Origin: Bacillota bacterium
Lineage (GTDB): Bacteria > Bacillota > Clostridia > Christensenellales > QALW01
Direction of reading: 5' to 3'
Assembly (NCBI GenBank): GCA_029007865.1
Contig: JAQXIQ010000078.1
Location: 1-52,334 of the forward strand
DNA: 52,334 nt
Every line of letters begins with the position of its first letter. Positions within the stretch are counted from its first letter, which is position 1. Positions 44,882 to 52,334 of this stretch are shown piece after piece. The position numbers and the translations under genes were made by a program. Below the pieces are notes generated by a model that saw only the letters and a list, made by a program, of their open reading frames with translations, made no database searches and had not been told where the DNA came from.

Positions 44882-46729
44882 TTATCCGTCAATTTTGGTC
44901 GTTGCCGTGCGTTTTCCGGCCGGCAAGCCCGTTGTCTGCGCCCGCAGCCGCGCAAATATCCTGTTTGCTATGCCCTGCGCATCCAATCCGCAGGTCTTCT
45001 GTTGAGCAGACACGGGAGCGTGCAGGGCAAAACCCTTTTCTCCGCTTATGCACAGCAGGCGGGAGGCGTCAATAATGGCGGATACCGCTTCCCCAAGTCC
45101 TCCGGGCGCCGCATTGTCCTCCGCGACGCATACCACGGGTGCAGTAATGGAGCGCAGCAGCTCCGTATCGATGGGACTTATAAAGCAGGCGTTGATAACG
45201 CAGGCGCTTACCCCCCGCTCCTCCAGCAGCTCGGCTGCCCCGACCGCCTGCCCCAGCAGCGCGCCGAAGGCGATTATGACGGCGTCGGCGCCGTGCCGCA
45301 CGGTCTGCCATCTGAAAAGCTCGGTGTGCCCGATGTCGGCGTCCATTCCGCAGCCCTTGGGGTAGCGTATGGCGCACGGCCCGGGAAGGGTCAGCGCAAG
45401 CTCCAGCATATCACGCAGCTGGCTGTTGCACGCGGGAGCCATTACGGTTATTCCGTACTGCCTCAGAATGGCTATATCGTATGCTCCCTGATGCGTGCGT
45501 CCGTCCTGTCCGACAAACCCGGCTCTGTCCACGCACAGCGTTACCGGCAGCCTGTTAAGCATTATATCATGGAAGATCTGGTCCGCGCCTCTTTGCAGAA
45601 ATGTGGAATAAATGGCGGCAAACGGCCGCATTCCGCCCTTTGCCAGTCCTGCGGAAAGCCCTAACGCGTGCTGCTCGGCAATGCCCACGTCAAAAAAGCG
45701 CTCCGGAAAGCTTGCGGCAAAGCCGCTCAGCCCCGTGCTTCCCGTCATTCCGGCAGTAACGGCGCATACGCGTTTGTCCCGCCCGGCAAGCTCGGTAAGC
45801 ACGCTGCCGAAGCAGGAGGTAAAATCCTGTTTGCTGCTTTTGGGTGCCCCGGACGGCGCCACGCCGTGGAATGCCGCGGGGTTTTGCTCCGCCTCCGCGC
45901 TGCCTTTGCCCTTTTTTGTGCGGACATGTACTATAACGGGCACCGTTTCCTCTTTTGCGCGCCGCAGTATGTTTTTAAGCTCGCGGATATTGTGACCGTC
46001 CACAGAGCCGATATATTTTATGCCCATGTTGTCAAACACGGTATTGCCTATAAGAATATAGCGGAAAAGGTTTTTAATGCTGAGCGCGGCGCGGAACAGA
46101 TATCCGCCCACCAGCGGAATACCCTTCAAAAAGCGCTCCAGGCCTCGCTTGAGCCCGGCATATCCGCGCGCCGTCCTGAGCTTTACCAGATGCCTGGAAA
46201 TGGCGCCGACATTGCGGGAAATGGACATTTCGTTGTCGTTGAGCACAATTATCAGCGGAGTCTTGTTGTAGCCCAGGTCGTTTACCGCCTCCAGATTCAT
46301 ACCGCCTCCGAAGGCTCCGTCCCCCACTACGGCCACTATATGAAAATGCTCTCCCTTGATGTCCCTTGCCCTTGCAAGGCCCAGAGCCGTGGATACCGCT
46401 GTAGCGCTGTGTCCCACGACAAATGGGTCATGCTCGCTCTCGTCAGGGTCGGGAAAGCCGCCCGTACCGTTTTCCGAGCGCAGATGCTCAAGGCTCCGCC
46501 CGGTGAGCAGCTTGTGCGTATAGGTCTGATGCCCCACGTCGAACACCAGGCGATCCTTGGGGGAGTCAAAGACGCAATGAAGCGCAAGCGTCAGTTCCAC
46601 CGTCCCCAGGTTTGAGGCCAGATGACCGCCGTTTGCGCTTGTAGCCCGCAGCAGCTCCTCCCGTATATTCCGGGCAGCCTCTGCAAGCTGTTCATCATTC
46701 ATCGCCTTGATTTCTGCAATGCCGTACAC
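44882..46729 (-). CDS. dxs: 1-deoxy-D-xylulose-5-phosphate synthase
   Basis: The GTG at 46729 overlaps the upstream stop (TAGTG). The protein shows GGHLASNLGTVELT, DVGHQTYTHKLLTGR and the TPP motif GDGAFGGGM...LNDN. Confidence 0.95.
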   Translation of the reverse strand: MYGIAEIKAMNDEQLAEAARNIREELLRATSANGGHLASNLGTVELTLALHCVFDSPKDRLVFDVGHQTYTHKLLTGRSLEHLRSENGTGGFPDPDESEHDPFVVGHSATAVSTALGLARARDIKGEHFHIVAVVGDGAFGGGMNLEAVNDLGYNKTPLIIVLNDNEMSISRNVGAISRHLVKLRTARGYAGLKRGLERFLKGIPLVGGYLFRAALSIKNLFRYILIGNTVFDNMGIKYIGSVDGHNIRELKNILRRAKEETVPVIVHVRTKKGKGSAEAEQNPAAFHGVAPSGAPKSSKQDFTSCFGSVLTELAGRDKRVCAVTAGMTGSTGLSGFAASFPERFFDVGIAEQHALGLSAGLAKGGMRPFAAIYSTFLQRGADQIFHDIMLNRLPVTLCVDRAGFVGQDGRTHQGAYDIAILRQYGITVMAPACNSQLRDMLELALTLPGPCAIRYPKGCGMDADIGHTELFRWQTVRHGADAVIIAFGALLGQAVGAAELLEERGVSACVINACFISPIDTELLRSITAPVVCVAEDNAAPGGLGEAVSAIIDASRLLCISGEKGFALHAPVSAQQKTCGLDAQGIANRIFARLRAQTTGLPAGKRTATTKIDG

Positions 46730-47295
46730 TATTTATCGCCCTTATCGGCAACAGACATTATCCTGCCTATGGTAAAGACAATGCTCTTGCTCTTTTTATG
46801 CGCCACGGTCTTGCCGAAGGCCTTGCCGCCTATGGTCAGGCACGCCACGCATGCGCTTATAATAATGGATATCCACAGCCGGAGCGTCTCACTGCTTCCC
46901 GACGCCGCCGACATAATCATATACACTATGGCCGTTGTGGCGGCACCGGTGACAATGCCGCATATATCCCCTATGACATCGCAGCAAATGCTGGCCACCT
47001 TTTCGTTATTGCGGATAAGCCGCAGTGCCGACTTTGCGCCCTTGACCCTCCGGCTGGACATTGCCACCAGGGGCGCAGGGTCGCAGACCGTCACGGCGGT
47101 GCCTATAATATCGGCAAATATGCTTATGGCTATAAGCAGCAGCAGTATCAGCACCGACAGCAGGATGGATGCGGAATTTGTAACCGATTCGGCCAAAAAG
47201 GAAAAAACAACGGTGAGAGCAAAAGACATGGCGGTAACAACGGCAGTCCACCGCGCTCCCGATAGCTTTTTATGGTGTTTTTCTCTGTCCTTCAT
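46729..47295 (-). CDS. oapA: Four-TM membrane protein, proposed OLE-associated protein A
   Basis: The 188 aa protein has four predicted TM helices. It lies directly downstream of the structured ORF-free RNA region and is translationally coupled to dxs. This is the ole-oapA-dxs arrangement known from Firmicutes. Confidence 0.6.
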   Translation of the reverse strand: MKDREKHHKKLSGARWTAVVTAMSFALTVVFSFLAESVTNSASILLSVLILLLLIAISIFADIIGTAVTVCDPAPLVAMSSRRVKGAKSALRLIRNNEKVASICCDVIGDICGIVTGAATTAIVYMIMSAASGSSETLRLWISIIISACVACLTIGGKAFGKTVAHKKSKSIVFTIGRIMSVADKGDK

Positions 47296-47299
47296 TGCA

Positions 47300-47894
47300 A
47301 AAAGTTCTCCAAAATGAGGTGGCAGCCTGCCCTGTAAACCTTGCGGCTTAGGTCGAGCCGGATTTCCCTGCGGACTGCTCCCCGTCGCCGATGAAGCGGT
47401 TTCCCTTTAAAGTCCGTACGGCAAGATCGCTCCGTGCCGCGCTCGATAACCACTCAGACCGCACTATAATCCATGGCAGGCATATTCAGTCTAGGGGATT
47501 TCCCCGACAGCAGAAATTGCCTCTAGCCTCTTTTGCAGCAAGGATTTCAAAGAGCGATCGCCTCGCGCGACATGGCCGTGACGCACGGACGTTGTTCCCT
47601 TTTCCCTCATTGCCACTTCAAGGCAGGCTACACTGTACACAGCGGCCTCGCCACCGCATAGCAGGTTCTTCATACCCAGTAACACCTCCCGTGAGGCAGT
47701 TACCCAAATATGTCTCCACGGAGGCTGGGTCAACGCCCGCATGCCATTGCGGATCGCCCTTCCTCCTTAACTCCCAGCACAGACCCCAAACTGGGCGTTC
47801 AAAGCCTGCACCAGAAACTTCATCGATATGCCCTTTGACGATAGTTTAACCCCGCCTTCAAGACAATCAATGCTGACTAGAATACTGTACCACC
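47300..47894 (-). ncRNA. ole: OLE (ornate, large, extremophilic) RNA candidate, ~595 nt
   Basis: The ~690 bp GC-rich gap has no credible ORF and carries its own consensus promoter. It contains many short GC hairpins (e.g. GGGGAAAUCCCC, CCUCACGGGAGG). The length and position, immediately upstream of a 4-TM protein-dxs-nadK-argR-recN cluster, match the described OLE locus. Confidence 0.6.
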
Positions 47895-47900
47895 GTAACT

Positions 47901-47929
47901 ATTATAACACAGTGCCGGAAAAATTTCAA
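47901..47929 (-). promoter_or_regulatory. Consensus sigma-A promoter driving the OLE-like RNA
   Basis: On the minus strand: TTGAAA (47929-47924), a 17 nt spacer, then an extended -10 TGtTATAAT (TATAAT = 47906-47901). Confidence 0.75.
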
Positions 47930-47985
47930 CTCCGGGAACAGAAATATTTAACAATATACCGACATTGCAGCCGGCGCCGCGCTCT

Positions 47986-49140
47986 TTACACAAGCTCCTG
48001 ACGCTTCTCCCGGCTGTGGAACCTTACCGACAGTATAAGCCCTATTGCCGCCATACTTGTCACAAGGTTCGTGCCTCCCTTGCTTATAAAGGGCAGAGGT
48101 ATCCCGGTAATGGGCATAATGCCTATGGTCATGCCGATATTTTCAAAGATGTGGAACATAAACATAAACATGATGCCGTAGATTATAAGCGCGCCGAATT
48201 TATCCTGCGTGCGGCGCGCCAGCAGCCACATCCTGAAAATCAGCAGCGCATATATGACAAGCAGTATAAAACAGCCCACAAACCCGAAGGTCTCGGCAAT
48301 GGCAACAAATATAAAGTCGGTCTCTATGACGGGTATATAGTTTAGCTGGCTCAGCGCTCCCACGCTGAAGAGTCCCTTGCCGGCAAACCCGCCCGAGCCT
48401 ATAACGGCAATGGAACGGTTGAGCTGCAGGAATTCGTCGCCTTCGCCGCCGTTTACAAAGTAGTTGATTATCCTGGAGCGCTGTCTGTCCCCCATCAGCA
48501 CGAACCAGGCAAAGACGCAGAATGCGGCGCCCGCCAGCCCGAAAGCCCCCAGATAGCGCAGCTTGACCCCGGACATAAAGGCCATGCCCACAAAAGCCAC
48601 GACATATACTATGGTAGTGCCTATGTCCATCTGATACAGCAGCACGGCAATAATGGCCACAAACGCCCCGGCCGCCGGCAGGACGTCCACAAAGCGTTCC
48701 ATGGGGCGGTCGGCAAGGAATTTTGCGCACACCAGTATCATGGCCAGCTTTACTATCTCCGAGGGCTGCAGCGTAATGCTTCCGCTGGAGTTAAGATATA
48801 TCCAGCCCTGAGTTCCTCCGCGGGTTTTGCCGAAGAACACCACCAGCAGCAGCAGTCCCACGCCGGCCGCCAGCACCAGATACCAGATCTTTGAGTACAG
48901 TCGGTAATCGATTAGCATAAGCAGTACCGTTACCGCAAGTCCCACCGCAAAGAATATCGCCTGCAGCCCCACCACGGAAAAATCAAGGTTGGCCATGATC
49001 TCGCCGAAGGTGAGCTCCTCCCCGGTAAACGGGCTGGCCGTGGCTATGGTTATGGCAATAAGGCCTATCATAAACAGCAAAAGCACTATTATAGGCAGAA
49101 TATATTCTATATTTTCAAAACTTTTTTTATCAAACCGCAT
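47986..49140 (-). CDS. rodA: FtsW/RodA/SpoVE-family peptidoglycan glycosyltransferase
   Basis: The protein has ~10 TM helices and SEDS motifs (PSEIVKL, ETDFIF, GIPLPFISKGGTN). The gene lies downstream of minDE. Confidence 0.88.
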   Translation of the reverse strand: MRFDKKSFENIEYILPIIVLLLFMIGLIAITIATASPFTGEELTFGEIMANLDFSVVGLQAIFFAVGLAVTVLLMLIDYRLYSKIWYLVLAAGVGLLLLVVFFGKTRGGTQGWIYLNSSGSITLQPSEIVKLAMILVCAKFLADRPMERFVDVLPAAGAFVAIIAVLLYQMDIGTTIVYVVAFVGMAFMSGVKLRYLGAFGLAGAAFCVFAWFVLMGDRQRSRIINYFVNGGEGDEFLQLNRSIAVIGSGGFAGKGLFSVGALSQLNYIPVIETDFIFVAIAETFGFVGCFILLVIYALLIFRMWLLARRTQDKFGALIIYGIMFMFMFHIFENIGMTIGIMPITGIPLPFISKGGTNLVTSMAAIGLILSVRFHSREKRQELV

Positions 49141-49224
49141 GTTTTGCCCTAAAATAATTATTTGTTTTTATTCTATCATAAACAAGGGCAAAAATCTACA
49201 TGTAATTTGTTAATTATTTTGCAT

Positions 49225-49497
49225 TCAGGAAGCCAGCGGCGCCTCCACGCTCTTTGGGGAAAAGGATACGTTCAGCGTAAGCACGGTGCTGCCGCCCTCG
49301 CGCCTGCTGGAAATTGCAAAGAGCATATCCTCCTGTGAATTCATCTCGCGCAGCAGTATTTCCCGCACGGAGCCCTGTATCTGCTCCATGACCGACGAAG
49401 ATACGCACAGTCTGTCGCCGGCTATGACCTCCTTGAGTCTCTTTTTGACCGTTCCCGCGCTTCCGCGCCTGCGGAATATCTTTTTTAACAGCTTCAT
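49225..49497 (-). CDS. minE: Cell division topological specificity factor MinE
   Basis: RBS GGGAGG precedes the ATG at 49497. The 90 aa protein has an N-terminal amphipathic/basic segment (MKLLKKIFRRRGS...KKRLKEVIAGDR). Confidence 0.85.
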   Translation of the reverse strand: MKLLKKIFRRRGSAGTVKKRLKEVIAGDRLCVSSSVMEQIQGSVREILLREMNSQEDMLFAISSRREGGSTVLTLNVSFSPKSVEAPLAS

Positions 49498-49511
49498 ATG
49501 TACGCCTCCCG

Positions 49512-50306
49512 TCAGCCTGCGGCCTTTACGCCCAGCAGCTTCTGCACCCATGCGCTCATCCCGTGCTTTCTGTCCGGTATTTCCCTCAGCCCGGCCAGCT
49601 TCTGGGCAATTTTTCTGTATTCCTGTCCGGCGGCGGACCGCACGGAATAGATAAGCGGCTCTCCCAGGTTTGCCGCCCTGACCACAAGCGGATCCTCCGG
49701 CACTGCGCCAACCGCTTTAAGTCCCAGTATCTCCTCTATGTCCTCCACGCTCATCATCTCCCTTTTGCGCACAAGGTCGGCCCGCACCCTGTTTACCACC
49801 AGGCGCACGCCCTCCACCTCACTGGCCGCAAGTAACCCCGCCACTCGGTCGGCGTCGCGCACCGACGCAATCTCAGGAGTGCACACAAGCACCGCCTCCT
49901 CAGCGCCCTCCACGGCATTGCTGAAGCCCTGCTCAATTCCCGCAGGGCAGTCTATCAGAATAAAATCATAGCTGTCCCGCACTTCCTGTATCAGGTTTTT
50001 AAGCTGTCCCTCCTTCAGCGCATCCTTGTTGCGCGTCTGGGACGCCGGCAGCAGCGCCAGCCTGTCGTTGCGCTTATTGCGCACCACCGCCTGTCTGAGC
50101 CTGCATCTGCCCGCAAGCACATCCACAACATCATACACTATCCTGTTCTCCACCCCCATCATCAGGTCCAGGTTCCGAAGCCCCAGGTCGGCGTCGATAA
50201 GCAGCACGTTTTTGCCCTGCTCCGCAAGAGCGGCGCCGATGTTTACCGTCGCCGTGGTCTTCCCCACGCCGCCCTTACCCGATGTAACAACAATTGCCTT
50301 ACCCAT
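49512..50306 (-). CDS. minD: Septum site-determining ATPase MinD
   Basis: The ATG at 50306 opens MGKAIVVTSGKGGVGKTT (deviant Walker A). IDCPAG and a C-terminal amphipathic helix are present. Confidence 0.93.
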   Translation of the reverse strand: MGKAIVVTSGKGGVGKTTATVNIGAALAEQGKNVLLIDADLGLRNLDLMMGVENRIVYDVVDVLAGRCRLRQAVVRNKRNDRLALLPASQTRNKDALKEGQLKNLIQEVRDSYDFILIDCPAGIEQGFSNAVEGAEEAVLVCTPEIASVRDADRVAGLLAASEVEGVRLVVNRVRADLVRKREMMSVEDIEEILGLKAVGAVPEDPLVVRAANLGEPLIYSVRSAAGQEYRKIAQKLAGLREIPDRKHGMSAWVQKLLGVKAAG

Positions 50307-50665
50307 AACACTAATCCTTTCTTTTTTTGCATCCCGGCTGATAGCGCCGCCGCAGGAACGCTCATTCCGGCGTATTTTGCGGCTCCGCCCGCTCCGCTTT
50401 ACTAATACCAATTCCTTCCTTTTATCCGTTTTCCTTTGAGTTGTTTTGCCGAATTATTACTCTTTGCGGCGAATGCTACGCATAAGGTTATTCTTGCGCT
50501 TGGGACAGCGTATAATATCGGGCCTTGCGGCAAAAAAAATGCAGAAAGCATATCGCCTTCTGCATATAACACATTATATATGGGTTTGCACAGCACAATC
50601 CGAGCGTTTTAAGCTTATACCCCCGAAGCCAAAGGCCACACAAACAGTTCTTATGAAATAAAAGT

Positions 50666-50690
50666 GTCCCTCCCCGTTATGGAGAGGGAC
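50666..50690 (-). terminator. Intrinsic terminator after the secreted beta-helix protein gene
   Basis: The minus strand reads GTCCCTCTCC-ataac-GGGGAGGGAC followed by ACTTTTATTT. A second hairpin with a T7 run lies at about 50538-50570. Confidence 0.75.
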
Positions 50691-50707
50691 AGCGTTCGGA
50701 TACATAA

Positions 50708-52063
50708 TCAGCTGATCGGAATAATGGTTCCGTCTATGGTCAACACCAAATCAATTGCTGCAGAATACAGGCTGATATAGCTGCCGAGATCCTCGTCGGC
50801 TATCTCTGCGCCGTTGGCAAAGTATGTGCAGCCATCCAGTGTAACCTTGCAGCCGCCTGCTCTGACAGAGAGGAGATACTGCTTGTTGCCGGTGGTCTGA
50901 TTTGCCTCGATACGGCAGTTCTTAAAGGTCAGATCAACACTTGCTGTATCCGTATTGATAACAACGGTAGCAAAGTCGTTCCAGCCGTCAGCGTTATAGC
51001 CCTTATCGTTGTTGCCTATAAGGGTGCAGTTTTCAAAGGTGGCCTTTGTGCCTGCGGACCAGGTCTGGAACGCGCACCAGCCGGTGATAGTGGCATTCCT
51101 GACAACAACATCGACATTGTCGTTGTCGCCTGCAATGTTAAGCGCATAATAGTTAGCAGAAACCGAGGAGTTGTCCACAACTATGGTAACATCGGTGGTA
51201 CCGTAAACCGAAACGCCGCGGGTGTATGCACCGCTGATCGGGCCCACGACATCAACACCGGAAAGGGTGAGGATTATAGGCTCGGTGTTGTCGGTAATAT
51301 TGATAACGCGGTCTTTATTATCGGGAGCAAGCAGCTTGCCGTTTTCGGAGCCGTATATAGTAACATCGCTTTTAATCTCAATTACATCAGGCATCTGAAT
51401 AGGCGCAGTCAGTACAACATCGTTACCGCTTGCAAGAGCCTCGGCCAGTTCGCCGGCAGTAGCTACGGGGATTGCATACTCGGCGTCCTTATCATACTGA
51501 TTATTCGTGCTGTCAGACTCCACGGTATCCTGAGTTGCGTAAACGGTAATGGCAATGTTATCAATGGACTTGCCCTGATACTCGTTGCCGGCATCTTCCT
51601 TCATGTGACCCTTTATGGTCAGCGTATCGGATGCGCCAACTGCAAGAGCATGGTCGGCGTCAAGAGCGGTAGTCCCGGAAGTATTGGTAATCGTCCACTC
51701 GATAGCTTGGTTAAGTTCGGCGTCGCCCTGAATGCCGGTGATAACAATCTTATATTTGAGTGCAAGATTACCGTTGTTCTTTATAACGATGGGCTGAAGC
51801 TCATAGGTACAGCCCGGCTCCCAGAGGATTTCATCCTGCTCTCTGCCATCCGCGGCTACCCAGCCCAGTGTCTCGCCCTCAAGGCTGTTGCCTCTCTCGT
51901 CAAGCAGCAGGATCTCCAGCGTTCCTGCCTGAATCTTGTTAACTGCGGTGGATGCCGAATCGGTAAACCACGCAAAGGTGGTGCCTACCAGCATCGCCAC
52001 GCAGACAAGCATCGCCATAACGGAAAGCAGCAATGCACGCTTTGTCGCTTTTGTGTTTGTCAT
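50708..52063 (-). CDS. Secreted protein with a SipW-type (TasA/camelysin-like) N-terminal region and a right-handed beta-helix domain
   Basis: RBS GGAGTG precedes the ATG at 52063. The N-terminus is MTNTKATKRALLLSVMAMLVCVAMLVGTTFAWFTDSAS...AGTL. The C-terminal half has repeated N.T/I..C/N turns (VRNATITGW, FENCTLIGNN, FKNCRIEANQ). Confidence 0.75.
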   Translation of the reverse strand: MTNTKATKRALLLSVMAMLVCVAMLVGTTFAWFTDSASTAVNKIQAGTLEILLLDERGNSLEGETLGWVAADGREQDEILWEPGCTYELQPIVIKNNGNLALKYKIVITGIQGDAELNQAIEWTITNTSGTTALDADHALAVGASDTLTIKGHMKEDAGNEYQGKSIDNIAITVYATQDTVESDSTNNQYDKDAEYAIPVATAGELAEALASGNDVVLTAPIQMPDVIEIKSDVTIYGSENGKLLAPDNKDRVINITDNTEPIILTLSGVDVVGPISGAYTRGVSVYGTTDVTIVVDNSSVSANYYALNIAGDNDNVDVVVRNATITGWCAFQTWSAGTKATFENCTLIGNNDKGYNADGWNDFATVVINTDTASVDLTFKNCRIEANQTTGNKQYLLSVRAGGCKVTLDGCTYFANGAEIADEDLGSYISLYSAAIDLVLTIDGTIIPIS

Positions 52064-52334
52064 TCTAAACACTCCTTTTTTTATTTTTTCGGCGTTTGGT
52101 TATTTAGCCGCTCCGGATAATGCCGCCAAAACCGGAGGCGCGCTTACGGCTATTTTACACCGTTTGCCGGTCTGCACGTTACCAAAAACGTGTGAATACC
52201 CCGGGAGGCTTGCATCCTCGAACTGTGCGAGCGTGCACTTATGCGATTCAACCGCCGCTTTTGGCTGTCTTTTCTGCGACTGTCCAAGTGCCGTTTTCGT
52301 TTTCTGTAATTGTATAGTTTGCTCTTTCGTTATG

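Noticed and set aside
47300-47900. Alternative identities for the ORF-free structured region: RNase P RNA, tmRNA, or a group II intron remnant
   Set aside because: The region has no GAGGAAAGUCC / ACAGAAUCCGGCUUA RNase P boxes, no tRNA-like 3' end or tag ORF for tmRNA, and no GUGYG 5' end or convincing 34-nt domain V for a group II intron. Its size and the oapA-dxs synteny fit OLE better.
52253-52334. Short minus-strand open frame running off the right edge (...HNERANYTITENENGTWTVAEKTAKSGG*)
   Set aside because: Only 27 codons are visible. That is too little to support a call, although it could be the tail of a gene lying beyond the window.

Overview
This is a chromosomal, mostly housekeeping segment from a high-GC (about 58-60%) Firmicute. 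Several markers point to the Clostridia type: an IspH-S1 fusion, CIRCE/HrcA, a SipW-type signal peptide, minDE-rodA and an OLE-type locus. The genes read from left to right as follows. guaA comes first, cut by the window edge. It is followed by a roughly 1 kb AT-rich islet carrying an orphan HEPN-like ORF, then a lipoprotein alpha/beta-hydrolase. Next is a second GMP-synthase paralog that lacks the glutamine-amidotransferase domain. An ECF sigma module with two large unknown exported proteins follows, then an LPG-synthase-TM family protein whose 3' end and terminator are duplicated. After that come a GH42 beta-galactosidase, potABCD with an XRE-cupin regulator, ispH::rpsA-plsC-cmk, a HutP-family protein, a HI0933 flavoprotein, RpiR and a HAD hydrolase. 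A T-box-controlled aspS-gatA-gatB operon follows, in which GatC is fused to the C-terminus of AspRS. The remainder holds a MOP/MurJ-family flippase, a cysteine-synthase family protein, prmA, hrcA-grpE-dnaK-dnaJ, two small membrane proteins, recN-argR-nadK-dxs, a 4-TM protein and an upstream ~600 nt ORF-free structured region that I call OapA and OLE RNA, rodA-minE-minD, and a SipW-type secreted beta-helix protein. I see no CRISPR array, rRNA, tRNA or transposase. The strongest leads are the AspRS-GatC fusion, the OLE/OapA locus, and an unusual number of unrelated intergenic short tandem-repeat arrays. These arrays include an 11-bp x ~20 array and a perfectly helically phased T-tract array. Every functional call rests on motif recognition by eye; no database search was run.
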